Source of the DNA: an uncultured Candidatus Saccharibacteria bacterium
GTDB taxonomy: Bacteria; Patescibacteriota; CAZHWT01
DNA length: 64,000 nucleotides
NCBI GenBank assembly: GCA_964597145.1
Contig: CAZQWH010000002.1
Coordinates: 177,232-241,231, forward strand
Direction of reading: 5' to 3'
The notes beneath the pieces are model-generated. The model had not been told where the DNA came from, ran no database searches, and was given only the letters and a program-made list of their open reading frames with translations. This document shows positions 19,308-29,814 of the stretch, piece by piece; positions within the stretch are counted from its first letter, which is position 1, and the number at the start of each line of letters is the position of its first letter. A program made the position numbers and the translations under genes.

Positions 19308-19952
19308 TTACTTTTTGGGCTCTAAAACCACTACTTTCATTTCACCGCTCAGAGCATCACGGCTGGTGATTTTTAAATTAGGTTGAGTGCTCCACTCCTC
19401 TTTGCCCAAAGCTTTCATAAACGGCTCTAACCCGTCCAACTCCTCACTTAATTGCAAATCAGAAGTCTGGTAATGCATTGGAATAACAATACGGGGCTCA
19501 AGTTGATTTACAACTTCAGCAGCCATAGCCCCATCAATCGTAAATTTTCCCCCCACCGGAATCATGAGCACGTCAATACTTGGCATGTCTTCAACTTGAT
19601 CACCAGAGAGTTTATGACCCAAATCCCCTAGATGGCAAACGGTAATAGCCTCCGCCTCAAGCGTATAGGCAGTAACACGTCCCCGCTGCTCACCCTTGGC
19701 TGCGTCATGATACAACTGGGTGCCAGTAATGGCCACCTCTTTAACCTCATACTCACCCGGGCCCTCAGCCGTAAATTGAGCATTCACCCCAGCCTGGTTA
19801 TTGTGGTCAAAATGCTCATGACTAATTAATAAGATATCGGCATCTCGTTTGCGCCACGGCAAACCGATCTTCTCATCGAATGGGTCAATAATAATAGACG
19901 CCGTCTTGGTTTGAATAAAAAATGATGAATGGCCCAACCAGCTGATTTCCAT
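19308..19952 (-). CDS. MBL-fold metallo-hydrolase
   Basis: WLGHS, SHEHFDH, HLGD, PMHY. Start at ATG 19952 after AAGGAG. Confidence 0.9.
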   Translation of the reverse strand: MEISWLGHSSFFIQTKTASIIIDPFDEKIGLPWRKRDADILLISHEHFDHNNQAGVNAQFTAEGPGEYEVKEVAITGTQLYHDAAKGEQRGRVTAYTLEAEAITVCHLGDLGHKLSGDQVEDMPSIDVLMIPVGGKFTIDGAMAAEVVNQLEPRIVIPMHYQTSDLQLSEELDGLEPFMKALGKEEWSTQPNLKITSRDALSGEMKVVVLEPKK

Positions 19953-20107
19953 GAAACAATAACTCCTTATTATATCTAAGCCGTATCTACTCGTCTGCAC
20001 CATTGTAGCACGATGAGTAATGAGCGTAATCAGACAGGCAGAATCCCATCCAGGCTACTTCACCTCACGCCGTTTTAGACATGCATACGTATTAAGGCAA
20101 CGGCTAA

Positions 20108-20809
20108 TTACTTACCATAGCGGCGTTGGCGACGGCCGTATTCAGCAATTGCCTCGCTAAATTCCTTAACCCCAAAGTCTGGCAGGTACAACGGTGAGAA
20201 ATAGTATTCAGCATAGGCACTCTGCCAAGGCAGCATGCCACTCGTCCGCTGCTCTCCCGATGTGCGAATAATAAGATCAGGGTCAGGAATAGACCCGGTA
20301 TCAAGAAAGGTGCTAAACATTTTCTCATCAATATCGCTACTATGAATGCCGCTATCAATCATTTTCTTCATAGCCCGAATTATTTCGTCCCTTCCCCCAT
20401 AGTCTAGTGCGATATTGAAGGTATACGCATTATTTACCTCTGTCGAGGCCTCAATTTTTTTTAAATAATTAATCAGCATTGACGGCAGCCGATCTTTACG
20501 TCCCAAGTGTCGGATGCGAATATTGCGCTGTCTAGCTTCTTTTGCTGCCCGACGTAACATAGTCATAAAAATTTTAAACAAATAATCTAATTCAGACGAC
20601 TCTCTCCCCCAATTCTCGGTCGAAAATCCCCATACCGTCATAGTGGTTATACCCATTTCTTGAGCATGTTTCGATAACTCCTGAATCCGATTCATACCCT
20701 GACGATGGCCTTCAAGGGTTAGCAAACCCCGTTCTTTGGCCCAGCGCCGATTCCCATCTGGAATAATTACAACATGTTGAGGAATATTTGGATTACCATT
20801 TATAGACAT
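20108..20809 (-). CDS. uppS: Polyprenyl (undecaprenyl) diphosphate synthase
   Basis: IPDGNRRWA, FSTENWGR, YGGRDEI, IRTSGEQRTS. Confidence 0.96.
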   Translation of the reverse strand: MSINGNPNIPQHVVIIPDGNRRWAKERGLLTLEGHRQGMNRIQELSKHAQEMGITTMTVWGFSTENWGRESSELDYLFKIFMTMLRRAAKEARQRNIRIRHLGRKDRLPSMLINYLKKIEASTEVNNAYTFNIALDYGGRDEIIRAMKKMIDSGIHSSDIDEKMFSTFLDTGSIPDPDLIIRTSGEQRTSGMLPWQSAYAEYYFSPLYLPDFGVKEFSEAIAEYGRRQRRYGK

Positions 20810-20896
20810 ATAAAAAAATCTCCACCACGTATTATACGTGGTTCGAGCAAGTTACAAGCGATCCTTTTTGCAATAAACAATAAAATCGCTTACCCC

Positions 20897-20925
20897 TTGA
20901 TTGATCCCCTCTTCGGTGATATAAT
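20897..20925 (+). promoter_or_regulatory. sigma70 promoter of rpmE-prfA-prmC
   Basis: TTGATT, 17 nt, TATAAT (with TG extension). Confidence 0.7.
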
Positions 20926-20961
20926 CCTGTGCGTACGTAAGTGAGGAAAGATAACCAAATT

Positions 20962-21312
20962 ATGAAGCCATCTATTCACCCTAAATATTTTGAAGCCACC
21001 ATCGTCTGTGCAGGATGTAATACTACATTTAAAGCTGGCTCGACAATTGAAAACGCCCGTGTTGATATTTGCGCCAACTGCCACCCATTTTACACTGGCC
21101 AGAAGAAATTAATTGACACCGAAGGCCGAGTTGAGCGATTCGAGCGCCGTTTGTCGCAACGTAAAGCTCAGTCTAAACCTCAGAAAGCCAAGCCCTCGCT
21201 GCCAAGCTCTACTACCAAAGCAGCTTCTACCAAGCCAGCAACCTCACCTCAAGACGCTAGCCGACCCAAGAGTTTACGCGAAATGCTGCAAGAGGCGGCC
21301 AATAATAGCTAA
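20962..21312 (+). CDS. rpmE: 50S ribosomal protein L31 (Zn-binding type) with C-terminal extension
   Basis: MKPSIHPKY, CAGC, CANCHPFYTG, GRVERF. Confidence 0.95.
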   Translation: MKPSIHPKYFEATIVCAGCNTTFKAGSTIENARVDICANCHPFYTGQKKLIDTEGRVERFERRLSQRKAQSKPQKAKPSLPSSTTKAASTKPATSPQDASRPKSLREMLQEAANNS

Positions 21313-21321
21313 ATAATTTCC

Positions 21322-22401
21322 ATGCCCATTTCTATGTCACCGTCGCAGCTTCTCCAGAGCGAGAAGCTGCTTTCTTTTCAATCACGATTAAATGAGCTAA
21401 ATGAGCTACTAGTTCAACCCGCTATCACTCAGGATCCAGACGCCCTGAAGCGAATCGGTAAAGAGCATACCGAATTACAGCAAATTATTACGACAGCCAA
21501 CGCGCTGCGGCAAGTTTTGGACGAGCTTGAGCAAACCCACCTCTTAGTTCAAGATCCAGACATGGCTAATTTAGCTCACGATGAAGCCGAAAAATTGCAA
21601 CATAGAGTAAATATACTTTTACCTGAATTACATCAATTATTATATCCTACCGATCCTTTATTTAATCGAAGTGCCATTGTAGAAATCCGAGCTGCTGCCG
21701 GAGGTGATGAAGCTGGCCTATTTGCGGCCGAATTATATCGGATGTACTTAAATTACGCCGAATCCCGACAATGGTCGGTTCAACAACTCTCACTCCAAGA
21801 TGGCGGAATTGGCCAAATTAGAGAAGTAGTGTTTGAAGTAGAAGGTTACCAAGCCTACGGAACATTACGCTATGAATCTGGAGTACACCGTGTTCAACGC
21901 GTGCCCGAAACCGAATCTCAAGGTCGAACCCACACCTCAACCGTTACGGTTGCTGTTTTGCCTGTAGCAGAAGAGGTTGATATAGAAATTGAGGATAAAG
22001 ATTTGCGCATTGATATTTTTCATTCCGGCGGTGCAGGCGGCCAGAATGTCAATAAAGTTGCCACCGCCGTCCGCATCACCCATTTGCCAACGAACACCGT
22101 GGTGGTCTGTCAGGATGAACGCTCTCAGCTTAAAAATCGTAATAAGGCCATGGAAGTACTCCGCTCTCGCCTACTAGACACTAAAATCCAAGAGCAACAG
22201 CAAGCAATTTCCTCCGACCGTAGCAGCCAAATCGGTAGCGGGGACCGAAGTGAAAAAATTAGAACTTACAATTTTCCCCAAGACCGAATTACCGACCATC
22301 GCATTAATCAGTCATGGCATAATATCCAGACCATACTAAGTGGTAATTTGGAACCGATTACAGAAGCTTTACGAATTTCCGCTGCACCCACAACCGAGTA
22401 A
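21322..22401 (+). CDS. prfA: Peptide chain release factor 1
   Basis: [15 protein letters not shown] (PxT), GAGGQ, RTYNFPQ.R.TDHRI. Confidence 0.97.
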   Translation: MPISMSPSQLLQSEKLLSFQSRLNELNELLVQPAITQDPDALKRIGKEHTELQQIITTANALRQVLDELEQTHLLVQDPDMANLAHDEAEKLQHRVNILLPELHQLLYPTDPLFNRSAIVEIRAAAGGDEAGLFAAELYRMYLNYAESRQWSVQQLSLQDGGIGQIREVVFEVEGYQAYGTLRYESGVHRVQRVPETESQGRTHTSTVTVAVLPVAEEVDIEIEDKDLRIDIFHSGGAGGQNVNKVATAVRITHLPTNTVVVCQDERSQLKNRNKAMEVLRSRLLDTKIQEQQQAISSDRSSQIGSGDRSEKIRTYNFPQDRITDHRINQSWHNIQTILSGNLEPITEALRISAAPTTE

Positions 22402-22410
22402 GGCATTATC

Positions 22411-23184
22411 ATGACCATCCGAGAAGCTTTAACGGCTGCTGAGCAGCGATTGGCACACATTACTGACGCTAACCTGATTATTTATTCGTTATTATCTTAC
22501 ACTATAACCTTGTCAAAGGAAGATATTTGGGCTCATCCGGATATTTTAATTACTCAAGAGCAGTACATCCAATTTACAACATATATTGACCGGGCAGCTA
22601 AGCATGAGCCGCTTGCCTATATTACCGGAGAAAAAGAATTCTACAACCTTCCCTTTTACGTTACTCAAGATGTTCTTATTCCCCGTCCTGACAGCGAAAA
22701 TATTATAGAGGTTTCTGCCGAGTATATACATCAATCAGCCAAATTTATAACTCAACCGCCCACCATAGTGGATGTTGGCACCGGCTCGGGCTGCTTGGCC
22801 ATTATCTTAGCCACCATATTCCCGCATGCCACAATCTACGCCATAGATATATCGAGCAAGGCCCTGGAAGTGGCTAAACATAACGCTGTTCGGCATCATG
22901 TCTCTAATGTCATCTTTCTTCAAGGTTCTCTCCTAGAGCCCCTGCAGGCTGTTCAACCTCAAACCAGCCTTGATCTCATAATGGCTAATTTGCCCTACAT
23001 CTCCAATGTTGAGTTTGAACTTCTACCGCCTCACATCAAACAGTTTGAGCCTGAATTGGCACTACGCAGTGGGGCTGATCCAGATGTGCTTAATCGACAA
23101 TTAATTCGCCAATCTAAAGATTGGCTCATTGCAGGCGGCAAAGTGATCTATGAAACGACCAATGGCCAAATTGTTGAACTGTAG
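22411..23184 (+). CDS. prmC: Release factor glutamine methyltransferase
   Basis: EPLAYITG, LIPRP, DVGTGSG, NLPYI; follows prfA. Confidence 0.93.
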   Translation: MTIREALTAAEQRLAHITDANLIIYSLLSYTITLSKEDIWAHPDILITQEQYIQFTTYIDRAAKHEPLAYITGEKEFYNLPFYVTQDVLIPRPDSENIIEVSAEYIHQSAKFITQPPTIVDVGTGSGCLAIILATIFPHATIYAIDISSKALEVAKHNAVRHHVSNVIFLQGSLLEPLQAVQPQTSLDLIMANLPYISNVEFELLPPHIKQFEPELALRSGADPDVLNRQLIRQSKDWLIAGGKVIYETTNGQIVEL

Positions 23185-23344
23185 GCTCTATAAATACCTA
23201 ATTGAAGCTGGTTGAGTTTTGTATACACATCTACCATTCGCTGCCTTCCACTCCAAGCCATATACCCTTAACTGCAGTACCTTACTCTAGCGGGCGACAC
23301 ACCACTCAGATAGCCTTAATTTAAACTGTGGAAGTGGAATACAA

Positions 23345-23373
23345 TTGACTTATCATTAATAAAATGTTACTAT
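23345..23373 (+). promoter_or_regulatory. sigma70 promoter of ORF 23432
   Basis: TTGACT, 17 nt, TACTAT. Confidence 0.65.
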
Positions 23374-23431
23374 AGGCTTATATGGTGACTTATGCATCAC
23401 CATTTTCGCACGTTAACTGAAAGGGACTGCA

Positions 23432-23971
23432 ATGCCCCAGGGAGAACGACGATCTGAGGCTCTGGCCATGATTTTAGCCATGGCTTGCTTTATCCTATTT
23501 ATCATGTATGTCACTTCGAGCGACACTGATAGCCAAGTCGATTCGGCATCTTCTGGCGAAGCATCAGTGAAATCCGTCTGGCTCGATGGTACCTTGGCCC
23601 CAGAGCTACAAGAATGTGACTCTTTTGGGTTTCATTTCTGGCCCGAATCTCACCAGTGGGAACTTGGAAGGGTCGTTGAACCCCACGGAAATAGTCCCTT
23701 CTCAGATACCTTTAGATGGATCTCTGATCCGGCACCGGATCCAGGCATCTATTCCATTGCCATCGAGTGCATTGGACGAGGGTTAATTTGGGAAGTCGAC
23801 CTGTTGGCTGGACAATCGGCGGAAGTATATCTATCTTTTGCGGATGAAGGCTACCAGCCGATCTTTCCGGTAGCCCGCTACACTGCCGGCGAGTTGCCGG
23901 TTAGTGCCAATGGAACGCCTGCACCCCTTCCCTGTCTTGGGTGTGATGTAGCTACCCCAGTTCTACATTGA
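23432..23971 (+). CDS. Hypothetical membrane-anchored/secreted protein (ORFan)
   Basis: 179 aa; N-terminal TM; own promoter, AAGGGA RBS and terminator. Confidence 0.75.
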   Translation: MPQGERRSEALAMILAMACFILFIMYVTSSDTDSQVDSASSGEASVKSVWLDGTLAPELQECDSFGFHFWPESHQWELGRVVEPHGNSPFSDTFRWISDPAPDPGIYSIAIECIGRGLIWEVDLLAGQSAEVYLSFADEGYQPIFPVARYTAGELPVSANGTPAPLPCLGCDVATPVLH

Positions 23972-24006
23972 GTCGGGTGACACTTCTGCCCTAATACGTG
24001 CGAAAC

Positions 24007-24041
24007 GCCCCGGTCTGTAACTAATAGACCGGGGCATTTTT
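24007..24041 (+). terminator. Rho-independent terminator
   Basis: GCCCCGGTCT / AGACCGGGGC followed by ATTTTT. Confidence 0.8.
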
Positions 24042-24055
24042 GTTTTAGTGATTTC

Positions 24056-25297
24056 TTATTGGGCTGGGGCTTCGATCAGTTTGGCTGTAGTTGTTTTAGT
24101 TTCTCCATCTCGCCAGTACTCAATTTTGATGGTATCCCCGATCTTTTTACTGCGAATAACCTCAGCTAAATCCTGGTCGCCTTTCATTTCGGTGCTATCC
24201 ACTTTAATAATAATATCTTGAGACTCCAATCCCGCCTGGCTAGCTGGGCTATCGGTTGCCACCTGGCTAATATACATACCCTGGGGTACATCGTTTAAGA
24301 TGGCAGTCTGACGGCTAATCGGCTGGTAGGCTACACCTAGGTAAGGAGGCCCAATAATCCGGCCAGTCCGGTTAAACTCATCGATAATCGGCTTGGCCAC
24401 ATTAACGGGGATGGCAAAGCCAATGTTTTGGGCATTTTGCGAGACCGCGGTGTTAATCCCAATTACCTGACCAGCCGAATTAAGCAATGGACCACCCGAG
24501 TTACCTTGATTAATCGCCGCATCGGTTTGAATCACATTATCCAACTGTTCGGTTGAACCACCCAAAGCATCTCCAGCCACGATCCCTCGGCCCAAACCAG
24601 AAACCACTCCCGTGGTGACGGTGTTATTAAATTCGCCCAAAGCATTGCCAATCGCAATCACAAATTGACCAACTTGCAGCGTAGAAGAATCGCCCAATTC
24701 AAGCGGTTTTAAGCCATTAGCATTAATTTTAATAATAGCTAAGTCGTTAGTTGGATCACGATAAACTTTCTCAACTTTATATTCTTTATCATCATTGGTA
24801 ATAACGCTATATTCTAAATTATCTTCCGATACGACATGCTTATTGGTTAATATCAAACCATTTTCACTAATAATAAACCCCGTACCAATACCTTGGGATT
24901 CATCAGGATTTTGGTTAAAAATACTAAGGTCTTGTCGCTTAGCTCCAATTGATACCACCGAGGAAGAGGTTTGGTTAACCACGTCTATGACTAAGGACTC
25001 TTCTTTAACAATCTTCTGATCCGATTGGGTTATAGTTCCAGGATGCGTAATATTCTGTAAAAATTGACCAATACCGGCCGTAGATATACCCGGGGTAATT
25101 GCTCCCGAAGTGGCAATGAGTGCGCCAACAATAATTAAAGCGACAACACCAATAATCGTACGTTTGCGATCATTAATCGGCTGCGGAGAAACATAGTTGT
25201 TTGATGTGCTATCAGTAGACGCTGTTTGGCTACCTATCCGAGAGGCTTTATCCGCCTCAAGATTAGTGGGTTCTTCAGAAGATGCTCTGGCTGACAT
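24056..25297 (-). CDS. htrA: HtrA/DegP-family serine protease with PDZ
   Basis: TM; LTNKHV, DLA, QTDAAIN.GNSGGPL; one PDZ. Confidence 0.93.
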   Translation of the reverse strand: MSARASSEEPTNLEADKASRIGSQTASTDSTSNNYVSPQPINDRKRTIIGVVALIIVGALIATSGAITPGISTAGIGQFLQNITHPGTITQSDQKIVKEESLVIDVVNQTSSSVVSIGAKRQDLSIFNQNPDESQGIGTGFIISENGLILTNKHVVSEDNLEYSVITNDDKEYKVEKVYRDPTNDLAIIKINANGLKPLELGDSSTLQVGQFVIAIGNALGEFNNTVTTGVVSGLGRGIVAGDALGGSTEQLDNVIQTDAAINQGNSGGPLLNSAGQVIGINTAVSQNAQNIGFAIPVNVAKPIIDEFNRTGRIIGPPYLGVAYQPISRQTAILNDVPQGMYISQVATDSPASQAGLESQDIIIKVDSTEMKGDQDLAEVIRSKKIGDTIKIEYWRDGETKTTTAKLIEAPAQ

Positions 25298-25667
25298 AGT
25301 ACCTCTTTCTCTATAAAGTTTACTCCTAGACCTTATTATGATAATAGTACAGGGCTAAGAATAACCTAAGAGTAAAACAAGCACAAGTTTTTGCGATACT
25401 AGTTAATTGTAATGAGAAATTAGTTATTAAATAGTGGCTAGTCAGCAGGAAACAGAATTTAGACTTAAATACAGCGAATAATAGGTAAGTTTAATAGCGA
25501 AACAATCATGAATAAATAAAATTCAATATTCAATATTTTATATTATTTTAGTATTCGTTATTCATTTATGCACTATTTGCCGCACTAAATTCCATCTGAC
25601 CGTCAGTCAGTCTTTCACTCCCACCTCCAAACTTCCTAAGAACCAGTCACTAGTCTCGTCGAGTCAC

Positions 25668-26978
25668 TTACTCAACTTTCCCTCCAGCCGACTTCAGAGC
25701 AGCCTCTAGTTGAGGATCTTGCCCAGCCGCTCGGTCCTCATCTGTAATTTCAACTTTTTGATCAGGATCAATTCCCTCTTTATCAATATTTTTGCCATTA
25801 GGTAGAAGCCATTTAGCAATAGTAACGTGGAGGCTGGTGTTATTTGGCAATTCAACCACTTGCTGAACACTACCCTTACCAAACGAAGTCACACCAATAA
25901 TTTCTCCCCGGTCGCGAGCTTGCAATGCGCCAGAAACAATTTCTGAGGCTGAGGCCGACCCTTGGTTAACAAGTACCACTACAGGGATATCTTGCAACTT
26001 ACCTGCATGGTCAACCTTAAAATTCTGCACGTCACCCGAGGCATCTTGCTGCCCTACAATAATCCCATCTTTAAAGAATTCTGATCCAATATGAATAGCC
26101 GCTTGCAAGTAACCACCCGGATTATTGCGCAAGTCGAGAATCATCGCCTTTGCCCTATGCTGCACAATTTGGTTAACTGCTTGGTCCCATTCTTGGTCGG
26201 TCGTATCACCAAAGCGACTCAACTTAAGATAAGCCAAGTCTTCATCTTGACCCTCAGTGACCGGGTTATCCTTAAAAGCTAAATCAACGCTGGTAATAGT
26301 AATTTGTTGCCGAGTAATAGCAATTACTTCAGAGTCCTCCGCCCCCGAATGGTAGACGGTTAGTTTAACTTCGGTACCAGCTTCACCACGAATTAAATTC
26401 ACCGCCTCGGTCAAGGTCATATCCAGCGTATCCTGATCATCAATTTTGGCAATAACATCACCCGCCTGGATACCTGCCGCCTCAGCTGGAGTCCCCTTAA
26501 TTGGAGCAATCACTGACAATTGCTTATCTTTATTGTAGCCAAGTTCAGCCCCAATACCTTCATACTTTCCCGACAGTTGCGATTGAGCATCTTGATTTTG
26601 CTCAGGGTCAAAAAAAGAAGTGTAGGGATCACCCGCCGAGTTAACCATCCCCGCGATAGCCCCATACAACATATCTCGCTGATCCAACTCACTGGCCCGC
26701 AGATATTTCGTACGCATTAACTCCTGGACTTGGCCAAACAACGGGCTATCCAAAGGGCTTTCGCCATTACTTGTACTAAGTACGGTCGGCCAAGGAATAG
26801 GCCCGCTACTCCAAACAATTTGATACTTATTCCCTAAATAAAATCCACCCACAAGCACCAGTAAACACAAAACACCCACAACTATCGGTCTAATCCCTCG
26901 GGATTCTGAGGCAGTTAAGAGGGTTGGGCTAGTCGGTGTAGGCTGGTCTTCTGGTAGTAGGTTGGCAGGTCGATTCAT
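25668..26978 (-). CDS. ctpA: S41 C-terminal processing peptidase
   Basis: DPYT, PDZ, DLRNNPGG, SASASEI, FGKGSVQ. Confidence 0.93.
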   Translation of the reverse strand: MNRPANLLPEDQPTPTSPTLLTASESRGIRPIVVGVLCLLVLVGGFYLGNKYQIVWSSGPIPWPTVLSTSNGESPLDSPLFGQVQELMRTKYLRASELDQRDMLYGAIAGMVNSAGDPYTSFFDPEQNQDAQSQLSGKYEGIGAELGYNKDKQLSVIAPIKGTPAEAAGIQAGDVIAKIDDQDTLDMTLTEAVNLIRGEAGTEVKLTVYHSGAEDSEVIAITRQQITITSVDLAFKDNPVTEGQDEDLAYLKLSRFGDTTDQEWDQAVNQIVQHRAKAMILDLRNNPGGYLQAAIHIGSEFFKDGIIVGQQDASGDVQNFKVDHAGKLQDIPVVVLVNQGSASASEIVSGALQARDRGEIIGVTSFGKGSVQQVVELPNNTSLHVTIAKWLLPNGKNIDKEGIDPDQKVEITDEDRAAGQDPQLEAALKSAGGKVE

Positions 26979-26989
26979 GGATAGTCAGG

Positions 26990-28093
26990 CTATGTTGTAA
27001 CAATTTCGATATTAGTGATAGGAATTTTTATTGTATCACCCGACTGTCGTTGCAACAAGCAATGGGTTAAAACCAGTCGACTATCCTTAACTGGTTCGGG
27101 ATCAAGAATTTCTTTGACCGAAGCTATCTCCCCAACCTTGGGCGAAGAAAGTAAGCGTACAGTGTCGCCAACCTTAAGTCGCATAAACTCCTGGTTCATT
27201 TCCGCTTCCGTCTCCTCGCGAACAGCTACCGAGGGAGACAGGGGTGCAATAAGCATCTTCTCTTTAGGCACCAAAAAAATATGTTGCTCTTGGTGCTCAC
27301 TTAAAAACTCATAGGTAGATTGCTCCATGGCCATTTGCCCTAACCCCGAGGTTATAAGCATGGTGAGGCCAACATCCTCCTGGCTATTTAACTCGCCACT
27401 AATAGCCAATAAATCATGGGCCGCAATCCCTCCACAGACAATCCCCCGCACCCCAACTGCCAAAGCTCGATTAATCACATCTTTGGTTACCAGCGAACCA
27501 CCAGCAATCACGTAGCCAGCCAGCCGGGAGTCGATTAGTTGAGCCGAGATTGGTTGGTCAGGTTCGGCAATAATCCTCAGCGTACCTTCTCGCATTTTGC
27601 CAGCAGTAAATGAACCAAAGAGCAGGCTAGCACGGGTTTCAATAAAGGCACTAGCATTGGGTTGAATTTGAACTACTTTGCCGCTGGCTCCTGCTGGCAA
27701 GCGAAAAGTTACTGGGGCAAACTGCATGGTAAGTTGGCCTGTATCTTCGTTGTAATGCTGCAATATTCCATCAATCGGAGCAATAAACTGAACATGTCGC
27801 AAACCAAAGCTTTTTGGGGCTTCGGCTATAATATCGCCTTGGTAAACCCGTGACCCTATGGTGCGACGTAAGTATTTCTTCGCCTTAGCTGGCGAAACAC
27901 CAAGCAGCTCATTCAAACGGAAAATACGAAACCCGGCTGAGACCTTACTTTCACCTATAACGGTCTCCGGCTTTACCTCATCACCCAACTTAGTATAAAT
28001 GGTGCCAGATGCAGGTAACTTACGCTCCAGAACATAGGTGGTTCTCTGAACAATCCGCTGCACGCCACGAACAATAATTGGCTGGTTGCTCAC
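26990..28093 (-). CDS. Conserved hypothetical protein (barrel-sandwich-hybrid repeats, C-terminal KOW), GlmL-associated
   Basis: GD.V...IAE, APIDG, GVRGIVCGGI, LKVGDTVR; 4-bp overlap with the upstream gene. Confidence 0.65.
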   Translation of the reverse strand: MSNQPIIVRGVQRIVQRTTYVLERKLPASGTIYTKLGDEVKPETVIGESKVSAGFRIFRLNELLGVSPAKAKKYLRRTIGSRVYQGDIIAEAPKSFGLRHVQFIAPIDGILQHYNEDTGQLTMQFAPVTFRLPAGASGKVVQIQPNASAFIETRASLLFGSFTAGKMREGTLRIIAEPDQPISAQLIDSRLAGYVIAGGSLVTKDVINRALAVGVRGIVCGGIAAHDLLAISGELNSQEDVGLTMLITSGLGQMAMEQSTYEFLSEHQEQHIFLVPKEKMLIAPLSPSVAVREETEAEMNQEFMRLKVGDTVRLLSSPKVGEIASVKEILDPEPVKDSRLVLTHCLLQRQSGDTIKIPITNIEIVTT

Positions 28094-29313
28094 AATGCTT
28101 CTCCAATAGTTCCAACTTGCTGGTGAATATTCAACTGTTTCTCCCAGGTGAGCAGTTGAATCCGGCGTTCTTTTTCGTGTTTGGCTAATTGAAGTGGTCG
28201 GGAGCGTCCATCAAAAATTAAGCCAACTTCCCCGCCAATAATTGCTTGAGGCTGGCGCGTGTCATGGCCCAAATTCGACGTACTCCCTAGTTTAATGGCC
28301 ACCTCTCCACTATCTTCGACCGGCATGGGAATACTAGCCACCTCCCCCGCTCGAATTTCTAGTGATTGCTCGGTCGATAGACCCGTATCGAGCAAGATTT
28401 TTGCCAGCTTCTGCTTCGGATCATTGCTTGTCGCCGCAAAGGAAATTGTCGTACCCAGCGAAGTTAAATTTCGATGTAAAATTGTCCGACCAATCCGGTA
28501 ATCATTAGCAGACCACTGTTCAAATGCTCCTCCGCAAGCAAACAGAATGCCGCCCGTATCAACCAGCACTTGCTGGGTCCCAGCTGGTTGTAACCCATCC
28601 AAAAAAACCGCGGCCGCTTGCTGCAATGCATCGGTTTGTGCCAGCACCGCTCCAGACAAAACCACTTGAGGTATATCCACCCAGGGGAAAGTTAAGTCTT
28701 GGGCAATTCGGTGCAAAATCAGCTTAGCCAAAGTTTGCTCTATAGCCAGCTCAGTCGCAGACAACGGTATAACATGTGAATACAAGCTTTTATTTGCAAC
28801 ATAATTCTCAATCTCTCCATCACTTGCTTCAAACGGTAGCCAGTTTTTAAAATCGGCCACGGTTGTTCTTTGCCTCAGAAAGTTCCAGCTTTCCAACCCA
28901 ACCCCATATTCAAAGCTTTCAATGGTGGTCTTACCATATTTGCCTAAGGCAACAATGGTCCGTCGCGAGCCAATATCAACCGCCACTACGGTACTTGTTG
29001 AGGACAGTCGCTTAACCACTGCCGTTAAGGCTTCTTCATGGCTTAATCGCGCAATGGAAGCAGCCGACTTAAATATGGCTACATCGGGTGGATGCCCAAC
29101 TAAAACTAAATCAAAGGTAGCCAACTTAACTTGACTATGCGCGACATCAATCAATTGGTTAATAATACTATCTAGAGTAATCTCGAGATCCATACAGGGC
29201 GCTATCACCGTCGCCTCTAGCGACTGGTGATTAAGCGACTCTGCTCGGAATAAAGCTCCTTTGGTAAACGTGGAGCCAACATCAAGCGCAATAAGGTACT
29301 GGGCAGTATTCAT
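28090..29313 (-). CDS. GlmL/MutL (glutamate mutase L)-like ASKHA-fold protein
   Basis: Two actin-like phosphate motifs (LDVGSTFTK, VDIGSRRT); C-terminal GGEVGLIFDGRSRPL. Confidence 0.7.
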   Translation of the reverse strand: MNTAQYLIALDVGSTFTKGALFRAESLNHQSLEATVIAPCMDLEITLDSIINQLIDVAHSQVKLATFDLVLVGHPPDVAIFKSAASIARLSHEEALTAVVKRLSSTSTVVAVDIGSRRTIVALGKYGKTTIESFEYGVGLESWNFLRQRTTVADFKNWLPFEASDGEIENYVANKSLYSHVIPLSATELAIEQTLAKLILHRIAQDLTFPWVDIPQVVLSGAVLAQTDALQQAAAVFLDGLQPAGTQQVLVDTGGILFACGGAFEQWSANDYRIGRTILHRNLTSLGTTISFAATSNDPKQKLAKILLDTGLSTEQSLEIRAGEVASIPMPVEDSGEVAIKLGSTSNLGHDTRQPQAIIGGEVGLIFDGRSRPLQLAKHEKERRIQLLTWEKQLNIHQQVGTIGEAL

Positions 29314-29447
29314 GCTTAGTTAATGGTAACATAACCGTTGGCTAGATTGCAGGATAGCAAGATTATAAGAGCAAATCACGCATATAGATTTATTACATGA
29401 TGTACAATCGACAATTTCCATCTACAAGAGCATCTATCCATACCATC

Positions 29448-29480
29448 AAAAAACACCTCAACTTCATGTTGAGGTGTTTT
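29448..29480 (-). terminator. Terminator after rpsR
   Basis: AAAACACCTCAAC / GTTGAGGTGTTTT stem with a T-tract on the - strand. Confidence 0.75.
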
Positions 29481-29534
29481 GCGATTAAACTTATTACTTG
29501 CAATCTAGCAATCTTACCATTTCGCTATTCTGTT

Positions 29535-29789
29535 TTAAGCAAATAAAGCCATGGTGCGGGCCTGTTTAATAGCTGTCGAGATGGCACGTTGGTGACGGGC
29601 ACAAGTCCGCGTCTTAGACTGGGGCACAATCCGTCCTCGCTCAGAAATATAGCGGCGCAACTTAGCGGTATCTTTGTAATCCGGCTCAAATTCCTGGTTC
29701 ATACAGAAGAAGCAGTTCTTTTTACGGGTTAAGGCTGCCTTTGTCCGATTGCGGGTTGGCATTGATTTTCGTGGTGTTACAGGTGGCAT
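29535..29789 (-). CDS. rpsR: 30S ribosomal protein S18
   Basis: CFFC, DYKD...LRRYISERGRI, C..HQR....AIK.AR. Confidence 0.96.
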   Translation of the reverse strand: MPPVTPRKSMPTRNRTKAALTRKKNCFFCMNQEFEPDYKDTAKLRRYISERGRIVPQSKTRTCARHQRAISTAIKQARTMALFA

Positions 29790-29814
29790 ATATTTTTCAC
29801 ACTTTCCTTACTAC

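Noticed and set aside
25300-25667. AT-rich spacer as replication origin
   Set aside because: No DnaA-box cluster seen and no dnaA/dnaN nearby.
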